Shown here in pieces: positions 44,362 through 53,730 of a DNA stretch of 64,000 nucleotides. Origin of the DNA: Kiritimatiellia bacterium (lineage in GTDB: Bacteria; Verrucomicrobiota; Kiritimatiellia; JAAZAB01). Position 1 is the first letter of the stretch. Every line of letters begins with the position of its first letter. The position numbers and the translations under genes are program-made. The stretch covers positions 1 to 64,000 of the forward strand of contig JAXGPF010000003.1 of assembly GCA_040767085.1 (NCBI GenBank). The letters are read 5' to 3'. The notes under the pieces are model-generated. The model did not search any database. It saw only the letters and a program-made list of their open reading frames with translations, and was not told the DNA's origin.

Positions 44362-47300
44362 CTATCGGCCGCGCAGCAGCCGCGCGGATTCCAGCCCGGT
44401 AGAATATTGGCGGACATAATTGCCGGTCAGCACTCCCATGCGCTGATGCGTGAGCAACGGCCCGAGCGTGCTGGTAATTTTCAACAAGAATTCCAGCGAG
44501 CCGCCTCGCGCGCGGCTTGAGACATCGAACAAGTACGGCGGAGTAATCCGCACAGCCTGGGACTTGCCGCGACGGTCGCACAGTTCCACCGCGCCGTTGT
44601 GCGCCGCGACTTCCAGCCAGAGCGCTCCGGCGGCGCGGTTTTCCGGCAATTTCATCCGGAGGGCGTAAACGCCGGCGCCGGTGTAATACGGATAGCCCTG
44701 CGGCTGCCACGGACCGCAGGTCAGTTGCCGCACCGGACTGCCGATGCGATCATTGACCACGGAAAATTTCCCGAGCAGAAAGGCATCCAAAGTCGGCTGG
44801 ATCACATCCGCGTGATAGAAAATGCCGCCCATGGTCCGTTCGAAGATTTCGGGCATGAACAAACCGGCAATCCGGTTCGGGCCGCGCCGCAAATATTTTT
44901 GCGCCGGCAAGGAGAGGCCAAAAGCGTCAAAATACCGATTGCGTTCCGGCCGACCTGCCAGCGGCCGGCCGTTGACGCGTATTTCCGCAAGCATGTCTTC
45001 CTCGAAAAGCAATGCCACCGGCCCTGGCGGCAGAGTTTTTATATCGAACGCGCAATCGAACATGACGCGCGGAATCAAACGCAAGGGTTTGGGAATGGCG
45101 CCATTTTCCGCCGGCAGCCATCTTTCCGGGCGGGCTGGATCGGCAAAGCGCACCGATCCCGCGAGCAAGGGGAAGGCGTTTTGGCGTTCCGTGACAAAGG
45201 GCCATGGCCCGCAGGTTTCGGCCGCCAGCGCAAACCGGCGCGTCAAGATTGACGGAGCCGCCGGCGCGCGGCGCGGCGCGGCGGTTGCCGCCAATACCCG
45301 GCATTCATAAGGAGCGAAATCCACGGGGAAGGTTGCCCCCGCTTTAAAAGCCAATCCGGGGCGAGGGCTTGTCTTGAGCTTGTCGAACGGGCGTTCCGGC
45401 CCCATAGTCACGGAGGACGGAGTTATTTTAACCGCCCGGATTTCCCCGGTATCTACATCCCAGGCTTCCACGGCGCAGCCGGAATGTTTTTCCCCAAGCG
45501 CAGCCGTCAGCCGCAATTCTCGGCCGGAAAGGTTCATCGCCGTCACTATCCGATCCCGGCCGGCAATGCGGACAGAGAGCGCCAGGCAATCGCACAAGGC
45601 GCCGCTTTCTTCAAAAAACAGGAGCGGCGCCGCGTTGGCAGCCCCGGCCAGTCCGCGCCAGCCCGGCTGGCCGCCGGCCGGCGGCCGCCATGTTTTAACG
45701 CTGCCGTTCTTTTCATCCAGATATTGGATGGAAAGCGAATGCAGTCCCAGGAACCGGCCGCCGCCCTGCCGGACCAGCAAGCGGACAAAGCGGGCGCGCA
45801 CCGATGTTATGACATTCGATATTTGAGATTTGAGATTTGAAACATGTGAATTGGCGGCAGCCAACTCATCAAGGCGGACTACATGTTCCCGTCCCGATCG
45901 CTTCAGCGCGGCGACATCCTTCCAGATTTTCCCGTCAGAGGACACCTGCCATGAATAATCATAGACAATATCTTTTTTGATTTCTTCCACGACAAATCCC
46001 AATCCCGCCAACGGCAGCGCCTGGCCCAGGTCAACGGTTATATCCTGGGGATAATGCGCGGCGAACACCGCCAGGGAATCGGTTCCGTCAAACAAATATT
46101 CCTTGTCGCCAGTGGCCAGCACGGCGGAATGCGTAACCATGGAAAGCGGATCGGAAGCCATTATTACCCGACCGGCGCTGATTCCGGCTGAAGCCGAGAC
46201 GCCGCCATCCCGATCCGGCTTGGCCGCCCGCTTCAACAAATCGCGCCAGGCGGCCGGCGCGGGCCGGCCATAGGGGTCCTTCTCCGGCCGGCAATCAAAG
46301 AGGATCAGCCGGCCGCCGGACTTCACGAATGCCGTTAATTTCGTAAACGTAGCCTGCGCGAGAACGTCAACTCCGGCTATGATTACCGTCCGGTATTCCG
46401 CGCCGAGAAAAATTATTTTACCTTTTTTGATCGCAGCCCGGCCAAGCCCGGACTCGAAAAGGAAATCCGACTCGATCTGGCCGGCCATCAGACTGGTAAA
46501 CATCCGGCGCAGATGCTGGTTGAGCACATCATTGGCCGCCGGATTGGCGAGGCTGTTGGCCAGATCGGCGTGGCTGGGATACAGGATTGCCGTTGTGGCC
46601 GCCGAACGCCCCAGGCTGGTTGCCTGGCACAGGCGGGCCGTGTGATCGGAAAACAGTTTTTGATAGCGCCAGGCCGGCGACTGGTAAAATCCGGGCGGAT
46701 TGTTGGTATGCTTGCGGATGCCGCGGAAGCTGTAGGCATAATCAATCGGCGCATGTAGGTTGACGCCCAGCACGGTCAGCAAATCCGCATCCCGGATTTT
46801 ATCAGCCAACTCGAAATTCCAAGGAGTAACGCCGTAGGTTTCGGCCAACACGCGCTGGCGCCCGGTCATCCGCGCGATGCTGGCAATCTGGCGCGGCAGC
46901 ATGATCAGCTTATTAAACACCGAATGCGCGCCCAGGATGTCAATGCCCGGCGCTTGTTGACAGGCCGCCTTGTCGAACAAATCGCCCAGGCCGAATCCTT
47001 CCGTCCAATGGCCGGAAAACGCCGCCCGGCGCCGGCCGCACCAATCGCCGATCTGGCGCGCATAATTTTCCGCGAACAAGTCCGACGCGAGTTTGCAGAA
47101 ATCATAGCATACACTGCCGGCCCGGTCCGGCCCGGCGATCAGTTCCGGGAGGCGGGAACGCAAGTCATAACCGTAACAGGCGTGGAATTGCGCCAGCAGG
47201 TCATGCGTCCAGGGAATCGAACGATAATAGCCCTGCAAGGCTGGATTGCCCGCGAAGCGGGAAGTATCCAGCGCGCCCGGCCGGCTGTGATATCCCGGCC

Positions 47301-48093
47301 GCGTCTTGTCGCGTCCGCCTTCGATCTGCATGTCATACAGAAATCCCGGCTCATCGGTGAAGAAGCCCGGCATGGTATTCCCGAAATACTCTGGCGCGGC
47401 TTGATAATGCGATTCGTAAACCATCTCGATGAATTTTCGCACCGCCGCCGGATTGAGCACATCCAGGTATCCGGAAGTGTTGCGGGCCCAGCGCGATCCG
47501 GTAGCCGCCTCCAAGGTGATCTGCACCTGGGTTACCACGGCCAGCGTGACCGTCCACGCGCCGGCCGGCGCCCGCCAATCGAACACGGTATCTAGGATGG
47601 CATCCATTATCGGCTGATGCTTGCCGGAGCCGTTCACATTTTCAACCCAGGCATGCAACACCCGGCCGGGCGGCAAAGGCGTCCGGAAACGGCGGGCGGC
47701 TGCCGCCGGGATCGGATAGCGGTAAAACCGGCAGGCAGGCATCCGGAATTCCGGATACTGTTGCAGCAACTGCCCGGCGGCCGTGCCGCTGGGCCAGCAA
47801 TAATCGTCATAAACCCAGATGCGCATGCCGCGTTTCCGCGCCGCGGCCAGGGTAAAACGGTAGGCGTCAAAATATTCCGGCGAGAGGTATGGCTGCGCCA
47901 GTCCCGCCATGGGAAAAATCATGGCTTCGTTGACATGCTGCGCGCGCATCTGGTCGAGCTGCCGGGCAATTTCATCCTCGCGCAGATCGTCGTTCCAACT
48001 CCATAACGGCGCCAGGCTGTAGGCGCGCGGGAACCCGGCAAAGGCGCGCCGGATGGCGGGGGTCAAACATGTTGCGTCTGGCATGTCGTGCAT
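44362..48093 (-). CDS. GH106-like glycoside hydrolase with an inserted discoidin (F5/8C)-like domain
   Basis: PLWSWND, WVYDDYCWPSG, GFFTDEP, PGIDIL, AETYG, QGYPYYTG; VDLG..VSSDGKIW..ARFVRL. Confidence 0.75.
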   Translation of the reverse strand: MHDMPDATCLTPAIRRAFAGFPRAYSLAPLWSWNDDLREDEIARQLDQMRAQHVNEAMIFPMAGLAQPYLSPEYFDAYRFTLAAARKRGMRIWVYDDYCWPSGTAAGQLLQQYPEFRMPACRFYRYPIPAAAARRFRTPLPPGRVLHAWVENVNGSGKHQPIMDAILDTVFDWRAPAGAWTVTLAVVTQVQITLEAATGSRWARNTSGYLDVLNPAAVRKFIEMVYESHYQAAPEYFGNTMPGFFTDEPGFLYDMQIEGGRDKTRPGYHSRPGALDTSRFAGNPALQGYYRSIPWTHDLLAQFHACYGYDLRSRLPELIAGPDRAGSVCYDFCKLASDLFAENYARQIGDWCGRRRAAFSGHWTEGFGLGDLFDKAACQQAPGIDILGAHSVFNKLIMLPRQIASIARMTGRQRVLAETYGVTPWNFELADKIRDADLLTVLGVNLHAPIDYAYSFRGIRKHTNNPPGFYQSPAWRYQKLFSDHTARLCQATSLGRSAATTAILYPSHADLANSLANPAANDVLNQHLRRMFTSLMAGQIESDFLFESGLGRAAIKKGKIIFLGAEYRTVIIAGVDVLAQATFTKLTAFVKSGGRLILFDCRPEKDPYGRPAPAAWRDLLKRAAKPDRDGGVSASAGISAGRVIMASDPLSMVTHSAVLATGDKEYLFDGTDSLAVFAAHYPQDITVDLGQALPLAGLGFVVEEIKKDIVYDYSWQVSSDGKIWKDVAALKRSGREHVVRLDELAAANSHVSNLKSQISNVITSVRARFVRLLVRQGGGRFLGLHSLSIQYLDEKNGSVKTWRPPAGGQPGWRGLAGAANAAPLLFFEESGALCDCLALSVRIAGRDRIVTAMNLSGRELRLTAALGEKHSGCAVEAWDVDTGEIRAVKITPSSVTMGPERPFDKLKTSPRPGLAFKAGATFPVDFAPYECRVLAATAAPRRAPAAPSILTRRFALAAETCGPWPFVTERQNAFPLLAGSVRFADPARPERWLPAENGAIPKPLRLIPRVMFDCAFDIKTLPPGPVALLFEEDMLAEIRVNGRPLAGRPERNRYFDAFGLSLPAQKYLRRGPNRIAGLFMPEIFERTMGGIFYHADVIQPTLDAFLLGKFSVVNDRIGSPVRQLTCGPWQPQGYPYYTGAGVYALRMKLPENRAAGALWLEVAAHNGAVELCDRRGKSQAVRITPPYLFDVSSRARGGSLEFLLKITSTLGPLLTHQRMGVLTGNYVRQYSTGLESARLLRGR

Positions 48094-48129
48094 TTCCTTT
48101 CGCGCCTGTTAATCCTGTCCGCGCATCCG

Positions 48130-49965
48130 TTACTTGATGCCGATCAACGTCCCGCGCGACATGTATTCGTAACACCCCATATCCGCCAGCCGGCTGAACC
48201 GGTCCAGGCGCGGCCAGCCGTCAAAATCCCGGGCGTCGTCCATCCATGGCAGGTTGGTACCGGCGTTGATGCAGAGCGAGCCGGCCGCCAGCCGGTAATT
48301 TCCCGTGTCAGGCTCCCCGAATTGCGGATTGGCGCTGATATTCCCTTGCGCCGGGTTGGTTATGCCCGGGGTGCAGCAATGCCAGAAAGCGTTGGATTCC
48401 GCGGCGTAGGTCAACCGAATGTCGGCCCCAGCCGACCCTGTCGTATTGGAAACTATGATGCAATTAACTATCCTGTTGTTCGTAGTCGCCAAATTTAAGC
48501 CGCCGCCGTTATTCCTGGCATGATTGAAGGCAATCGTGCAGGATTCATTGGTCGGGCTGCCGACGCTGACGTTCACGCCGCCGCCATTGCTGGCGGAATT
48601 GCTGACGATCAGATTATTGCGCAAAAGCCCGCCGCCGCCGGACGCCATGCGCAAGCCGCCGCCATCGCTGCCGGCGTCGTTATAAACGATCCGGCAAAAC
48701 TGGACGGTGTCCTGCCCGGACGCGCTGGACAACATGATCCCGCCGCCGTTGTCCGTGGCGATATTGCTGATGATCGTGCAATGCGTGATGAGATTATTGT
48801 TGACATTGTTAAAATAAGTGGCAATGCCGCCGCCATGCGTGGCGGTATTACCCTGAAACCAGCAGCCGGTGACGATATTATCCCGGCCGTCGATGAGCAC
48901 GCCTCCGCCGCGGAAGGCGGTGTTTTTAACGAACGTGCAATTGGCAATGGTGTTGGAATGCCCGTAAGCCGGCGGATTAGCAAGTATATATACGCCGCTG
49001 GCCGTGTTGTTGGAAAACACGCAATCGGTGACCAGGGCCTTGAGTGCAACCAACTGTATGCCGTAGATGGAATTGTCATGCACATAACAATTGGTAAATA
49101 TTGCCGGCTGCGAGCCCGCATAGACCAGGATCGTGTATTGCGCGGAAGCATGGCCGCTGAAATCGCAATCGTCTATCAGCGCCGGCGTCGAAATGTTATA
49201 CAATGACAAGGCCGCCCCGTATGGCCCGGCATTGTTGGTGAAGACGCATTTCCACAACCGGGACACTCCGCGCGCCGCGATTCCACCGGCGCCGCGGTAA
49301 GTGTCGGTATTGTCCAATATGTCGCAATGCTGGATGGTTCCGCCATAACGCACGAAGATTCCACCGCCCCCCTCGTAATGATCGCCGTTGCGGGAGGAGG
49401 ATATATTGCCCTGGACCCGGCAATGGGTGGCCGTGCCGCTGTTCAACAAGTATAATCCGCCGCCGTTGTTAGAGGCCGTGTTGCCGGTGAAGACGCAGTT
49501 GGAAACAAGGCCTGCCCAGAGGAACACGCCGCCGCCGTTGGTGACGGCAAAGCCCTTGGTGATCGTCACCGCTTCCAGCATCGCATCGGCGTGGTTGATG
49601 TAAAACAGGCGGTTGGTGAAATTGGGATACATGCCGTCAATGATCGTGTCGGCCGGGTCGCCGCTGCTGCCCCGGACGGTCACACCCTTGGTTACGGCAA
49701 CCATGCTGATGCCGCCGGCTAATGCATGCTGCGAAAGCGAATTCGATCCGCCGCCATCGGACTTGTAGCGGCCGCTGGCCAGCAGCACCACATCTCCATC
49801 CGCGGCATTGGCCACACCGTTGGTAATGGTCTTGAACGCCGTAGCCCAGTTTGTGCCGTCAAGGCCGTCATTCCCGTCCGGCGATACGAACCAGGTGTCG
49901 GAATAAGCGGCGGTCACCGCCAACAAGCCGAGCGTTAACGCCATCAATGTTTTTCTTGCGCGCAT
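48130..49965 (-). CDS. secreted parallel beta-helix protein with a choice-of-anchor-Q-like C-terminus
   Basis: Signal peptide, VSPDGND..WATAFKTI, repeated N.A..GGG, NYRLAAGSLCINAG..DFDGWPR..DMGCYE; ends GTLIGIK. Confidence 0.85.
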   Translation of the reverse strand: MRARKTLMALTLGLLAVTAAYSDTWFVSPDGNDGLDGTNWATAFKTITNGVANAADGDVVLLASGRYKSDGGGSNSLSQHALAGGISMVAVTKGVTVRGSSGDPADTIIDGMYPNFTNRLFYINHADAMLEAVTITKGFAVTNGGGVFLWAGLVSNCVFTGNTASNNGGGLYLLNSGTATHCRVQGNISSSRNGDHYEGGGGIFVRYGGTIQHCDILDNTDTYRGAGGIAARGVSRLWKCVFTNNAGPYGAALSLYNISTPALIDDCDFSGHASAQYTILVYAGSQPAIFTNCYVHDNSIYGIQLVALKALVTDCVFSNNTASGVYILANPPAYGHSNTIANCTFVKNTAFRGGGVLIDGRDNIVTGCWFQGNTATHGGGIATYFNNVNNNLITHCTIISNIATDNGGGIMLSSASGQDTVQFCRIVYNDAGSDGGGLRMASGGGGLLRNNLIVSNSASNGGGVNVSVGSPTNESCTIAFNHARNNGGGLNLATTNNRIVNCIIVSNTTGSAGADIRLTYAAESNAFWHCCTPGITNPAQGNISANPQFGEPDTGNYRLAAGSLCINAGTNLPWMDDARDFDGWPRLDRFSRLADMGCYEYMSRGTLIGIK

Positions 49966-49997
49966 AACTTCCGCCTCCTTTTTGCATTAATGTGAAT

Positions 49998-51275
49998 TTA
50001 CCGTGTCCGTTGACTCCATCCCGCCAGACGCATGACATTGCCGCCGATGATCTTTTGAATGGCGTCATCCTTCAACCCGCGCTGCACCAGGCCCGCCGTG
50101 AAAAGCGGCCAGTTAACCAGTTCCATGGTTTTCAAATGTTCCGGTTTTTCCGCCTGGTCGCCGCAGCCGAACTCGAAACCGGATTCGAAAGGCGGCGGAT
50201 GGGCGCCCCTGAAAAATTTTGACGGCCGCGGATATTTTCGCGCCTCGATCCGCGCTTCCGGCCCGGTAAAATTACGATCCGTGCCGATGGCCACATGGCC
50301 GGCGCCGATTTTTTTGACGGCATAAACCACATGCTCCAGCATGGCGGAGATATCGCGGCGGCCGCCCAGAAACGGCGGAATGCAGCAGATGCCCACATAC
50401 CCGCCGCCGGCGGCGATGGCTTTCAGCACCCGGTCGGGCTTGCCGCGCGGATGCGCATGCAACCCGCAGCAGGCGGTATGGCTGGCCACTATCGGCGCCT
50501 TGGAAACGCGCGCCGCATCCTCGCTCGTGCGCCAGCCGCAATGCGACACATCCGGAATAATGCCGAGTTCGTTCATCTTGCGCACGGCTTTCCGGCCGAA
50601 ATCGCTCAAGCCGCCGTCGGACCGTTCGTAACAGCCGCCGCCCAGCAGGTTTTGCCGGTTATACGTCAGGTGCATCATCCGCACGCCCAAATTCCGGCAT
50701 AATTCCAGATGGCGCAATTCATCGGCGACGGATCTGAATTCGTACGCCAGCGGCACATGGTTCAGGGAGAACAAGAGGTTCACTGGTTCGCGGTTCGGAG
50801 GTTCACGGTTCACTGGTTTATGGTTCTGGGGTTCAGGGTTGAGCGTATAAACATCCGGCAAGGCGCGCGCCAATGACGTGAAATATGCCAGGCGTGTGAA
50901 TTGATCCGGGCCGGTCGGCGTGACATCAAACTCGACATTCTGGAAGAACCCGGTCAGACCGCTGGCGCGCAATATTAAACGCAATAGTTCTTTTCTGCCG
51001 GGGGCCAACCATCCCAGATGTGACATTCGCACCGTCATGGCGCGGATTTCCGAGAAGGAAGCGCCCTGCGCCATGGCCTGTTTCAGTTGCAGGCCGTCCA
51101 CCGGCGCGTGAAATCCCAGGCAGAATGCATCGAACACCAAGGAATTCGCATGCAATGCCAGGCCATGCTCGAGATCTTTGCGCGATAATTTCAACGCCTT
51201 GATCGCCGCATTGCGGCAATCCCGGATATATTTTTCGCACAAGGCGTTTTTCCGCGACATGGCCGGGCTTTGCAT
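49998..51275 (-). CDS. membrane dipeptidase (M19)-family amidohydrolase
   Basis: GVRMMHLTYN, GLSDFG..V..MNELGII.DVSH, ASH, HVAIGTD, KIIGGN. Confidence 0.88.
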   Translation of the reverse strand: MQSPAMSRKNALCEKYIRDCRNAAIKALKLSRKDLEHGLALHANSLVFDAFCLGFHAPVDGLQLKQAMAQGASFSEIRAMTVRMSHLGWLAPGRKELLRLILRASGLTGFFQNVEFDVTPTGPDQFTRLAYFTSLARALPDVYTLNPEPQNHKPVNREPPNREPVNLLFSLNHVPLAYEFRSVADELRHLELCRNLGVRMMHLTYNRQNLLGGGCYERSDGGLSDFGRKAVRKMNELGIIPDVSHCGWRTSEDAARVSKAPIVASHTACCGLHAHPRGKPDRVLKAIAAGGGYVGICCIPPFLGGRRDISAMLEHVVYAVKKIGAGHVAIGTDRNFTGPEARIEARKYPRPSKFFRGAHPPPFESGFEFGCGDQAEKPEHLKTMELVNWPLFTAGLVQRGLKDDAIQKIIGGNVMRLAGWSQRTR

Positions 51276-51284
51276 TTCTTATCC

Positions 51285-52412
51285 TCAGGCAGACGGTTTC
51301 CGGCGGACCGCCGGGACTTCGCGCAAGCCCCGGGCATTATGCGTGAAGCGCCCGGGGATATACCGGCAGGCGTCTACATAACGTAACACTTCTTCAAACA
51401 TGGTCAACCCGATATCCAGGATTTCATCGAAAGTGTATGGCGCGCGCTGCAATCCATGCGGGAATTCGAAGGCCAGCGGCAAGGCGCCGGACGCGTGGTA
51501 CAAGGCCGTGGGCAAATTAAAATAGTCAAGCTCGCCCGGCCCGGTAACAGGCGGCGCCGCCGGCCGCAGGCCTTCGCGCCGGTGGCGCTCGGCCACCAGC
51601 GCGCGGATTTGCGCCTGGTGATACTGGCAGCGCTGCGGCACAAAGGCGTTGGGCGCGGCAATCCACGGCCCCGGTCCGTGCGTATGCAGCACCATGACGC
51701 AGTCCGGCGTTTCGGCGCGCGCCAGGTCCAGCAACGCGGCGGTTTCCGGCGCCAGGCGCGCCGACATGAACTCGTCCAGGTCAAGATTGACGCCCGCGTC
51801 ATTGAAATACCCGCCCAGAAACTCGACCAGATCCGGGGACACGGGCGTATGGCGCAAAAACCATTCCCAGGACGGTTTTATGTTTTTGTCGCGCGGCTGC
51901 CCCTGGCTGTAATAAGTGGCTTCATCAGCCGTAGCGCCGTTCAGGTGGCGCACGGCGCTGCGTATCCTCCCGTCCGGCTGCGCGATCGGCGCCAGCACCA
52001 GGCGCATGCCGGCCGCCAGGTCCCGCAGGGCCTCCCACTGGCGGCCACGCAAGTCGGCGCCCTGTTCCAGTATGTTAACCAGGTTCAGGCAGGCCGCGCA
52101 ACCTTCCACTTCCGCGCCATGGATGGTGGATATGATCAACATCACCGGCCGGCGGCGTTGATCCGGATCGAAAAAATCTTCCAGGTGGCCGCCCAGGATG
52201 GCGCTGTTCATCTGCGACCGGCGCTCAATCGGCTCTTTTTCCCCGTAAGCAACCGCGCGCAACGGGCGGCCGCCCTGGGAACAGCCGGCTTCAAACACGT
52301 TGCCGGCGCGCAATCCGCTTAAAAACGCGTTCACCTCGTCCCAGCCGGTAATCCAGAAATCCGGCGCGGACATGAATTCCGCCCGGCGGATTGTTTCTGC
52401 TGAGGTCTGCAT
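51285..52412 (-). CDS. M14 zinc carboxypeptidase/deacylase-like protein
   Basis: SQGGRPL, IHGAE, PDGR, N..GVNL, PET, LHTH, FEFP. Confidence 0.78.
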   Translation of the reverse strand: MQTSAETIRRAEFMSAPDFWITGWDEVNAFLSGLRAGNVFEAGCSQGGRPLRAVAYGEKEPIERRSQMNSAILGGHLEDFFDPDQRRRPVMLIISTIHGAEVEGCAACLNLVNILEQGADLRGRQWEALRDLAAGMRLVLAPIAQPDGRIRSAVRHLNGATADEATYYSQGQPRDKNIKPSWEWFLRHTPVSPDLVEFLGGYFNDAGVNLDLDEFMSARLAPETAALLDLARAETPDCVMVLHTHGPGPWIAAPNAFVPQRCQYHQAQIRALVAERHRREGLRPAAPPVTGPGELDYFNLPTALYHASGALPLAFEFPHGLQRAPYTFDEILDIGLTMFEEVLRYVDACRYIPGRFTHNARGLREVPAVRRKPSA

Positions 52413-52424
52413 ATTAATTCCTCC

Positions 52425-53387
52425 CTAAAACCCTTGCGCCACGCGCGCGCGGCGCAAGGCGCGGGTCCTGGCAAACAAATCGTCAATCGACTCGACTTGG
52501 AATTCATTAAAAACATCCGCGGCGGTCATATCCGTCCGGTCGCAGCAAACCAGGTGCCATGGCTCGCCTTCCACATGCTCGAACCGCACCGCATCGCCGT
52601 ACTTGCGCTTGACCGCAACCGGGAACGGTTCCGGCAGGTTCCGCGGCGTGACATGATAAACCCGGAAGTCGAGGTTGATCCGCGCGGAAATAAAAGTTCC
52701 GCGCTCCAAAGTTTTGGCGATGATTCCTCCGATCGGACTGACGACGTAAGCCGCGCCGTTTTCCACCGCGCTGGCGATGTACATCCGGCAATCGCGGGCG
52801 TAGGACGGCAGGTGCGTCCCGCCATGCATGGACGACAGGAAACAGCAGAGTTCCACCTTTTGTTGCCGGTAAAACTCAAACAACTCCGGGAAATTCAAAT
52901 CGAAGCAGACGGCGATGCCGATCCGCCCGAAATCGGTGTCGAAAGTGACGGGCGTTTCGCCGGGGGTAACCTCGTATTTTTCCATCTCGTTCGGGGTGGG
53001 AAATATCTTGTCGTAAATACCCGCCACCCGGCCGGCGCGGTCAAACAGCACGCCGGAATTGAACAAGCGGCCGGTTGCCGGATCAAGCCGCAACATGCCG
53101 GCGGCGATATACATGTTGTATTGCCTGGCCTTGCGTGACAAAAAGTCCTGGGTATATCCTTGGCCGGGGACAGGCTCCGCCAGTTCCCGGCCGGACATCA
53201 CGCGGCCGGCGCCGTCCATTAATGCGTTGGACATGAATTGTTCGGGCAGCAGCATTATATCCGGCTTGTCTAAAGCGGCGCGATCCATCAATATTTCCCA
53301 TATCTCGCGCACGCGGTCGCGCCCCTTGCGCACGTCGTTGACATTGTTGATATACCAGCAGGTTGACACTTTTACCCAACGCGCCAT
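52425..53387 (-). CDS. carbon-nitrogen hydrolase (nitrilase superfamily)
   Basis: E-K-C triad: LLPE, YDKIFP, VCFDLNFPE. Start at 53387 with a GGGGAGGGG RBS; the longer ORF-track start runs into a repeat element. Confidence 0.9.
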   Translation of the reverse strand: MARWVKVSTCWYINNVNDVRKGRDRVREIWEILMDRAALDKPDIMLLPEQFMSNALMDGAGRVMSGRELAEPVPGQGYTQDFLSRKARQYNMYIAAGMLRLDPATGRLFNSGVLFDRAGRVAGIYDKIFPTPNEMEKYEVTPGETPVTFDTDFGRIGIAVCFDLNFPELFEFYRQQKVELCCFLSSMHGGTHLPSYARDCRMYIASAVENGAAYVVSPIGGIIAKTLERGTFISARINLDFRVYHVTPRNLPEPFPVAVKRKYGDAVRFEHVEGEPWHLVCCDRTDMTAADVFNEFQVESIDDLFARTRALRRARVAQGF

Positions 53388-53465
53388 TTTCCCCTCCCCC
53401 AAGCGGCACACCGGCCGCAGTTTAAAACAAAACCGGAACTGGATTTTCGGCCAATTCTCTTTTCC

Positions 53466-53730
53466 ATGCGTTCCTTGCGCTCTTTCGTGGATAAATTTAC
53501 AAGGCGGCCTGCGGCCACAATCCGGCAGCCGCCGGACCGCGTCGAAAGTGCAGGCTACAAGTGAATGTGTAATTTGATCCGGAACCAATCCGGAATCATC
53601 TGCCTCCGGCCGGCTATGCCGGACTGACTGCACCTGCACCTGTCGCCTTCACCTTCACTGTGCCTTAAACTACAGTAACTGCCCTCCAGTTTTTCTTGTT
53701 ATTTTGGGCAGTTACTGTGGTTTAAGGCAC
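53466..53730. repeat. intergenic multi-hairpin element, copy A
   Basis: Shares blocks with 58841-59110: GCGTTCCTTGCG, ACAAGGCGGCCTGCGGCCACAA, GACCGCGTCGAAAG, GTGCAGGCTACAAGTGAATGT.TAATTTGATC, AATCATCTGCC, and a 25-bp stem 53660-53684/53706-53730. Confidence 0.9.

Noticed and set aside
53388-53639. N-terminal extension of the nitrilase ORF, and the similar peptide in ORF 58782-59039
   Set aside because: Translation of the non-coding repeat element. The copies differ by indels, and a good RBS supports the start at 53387.
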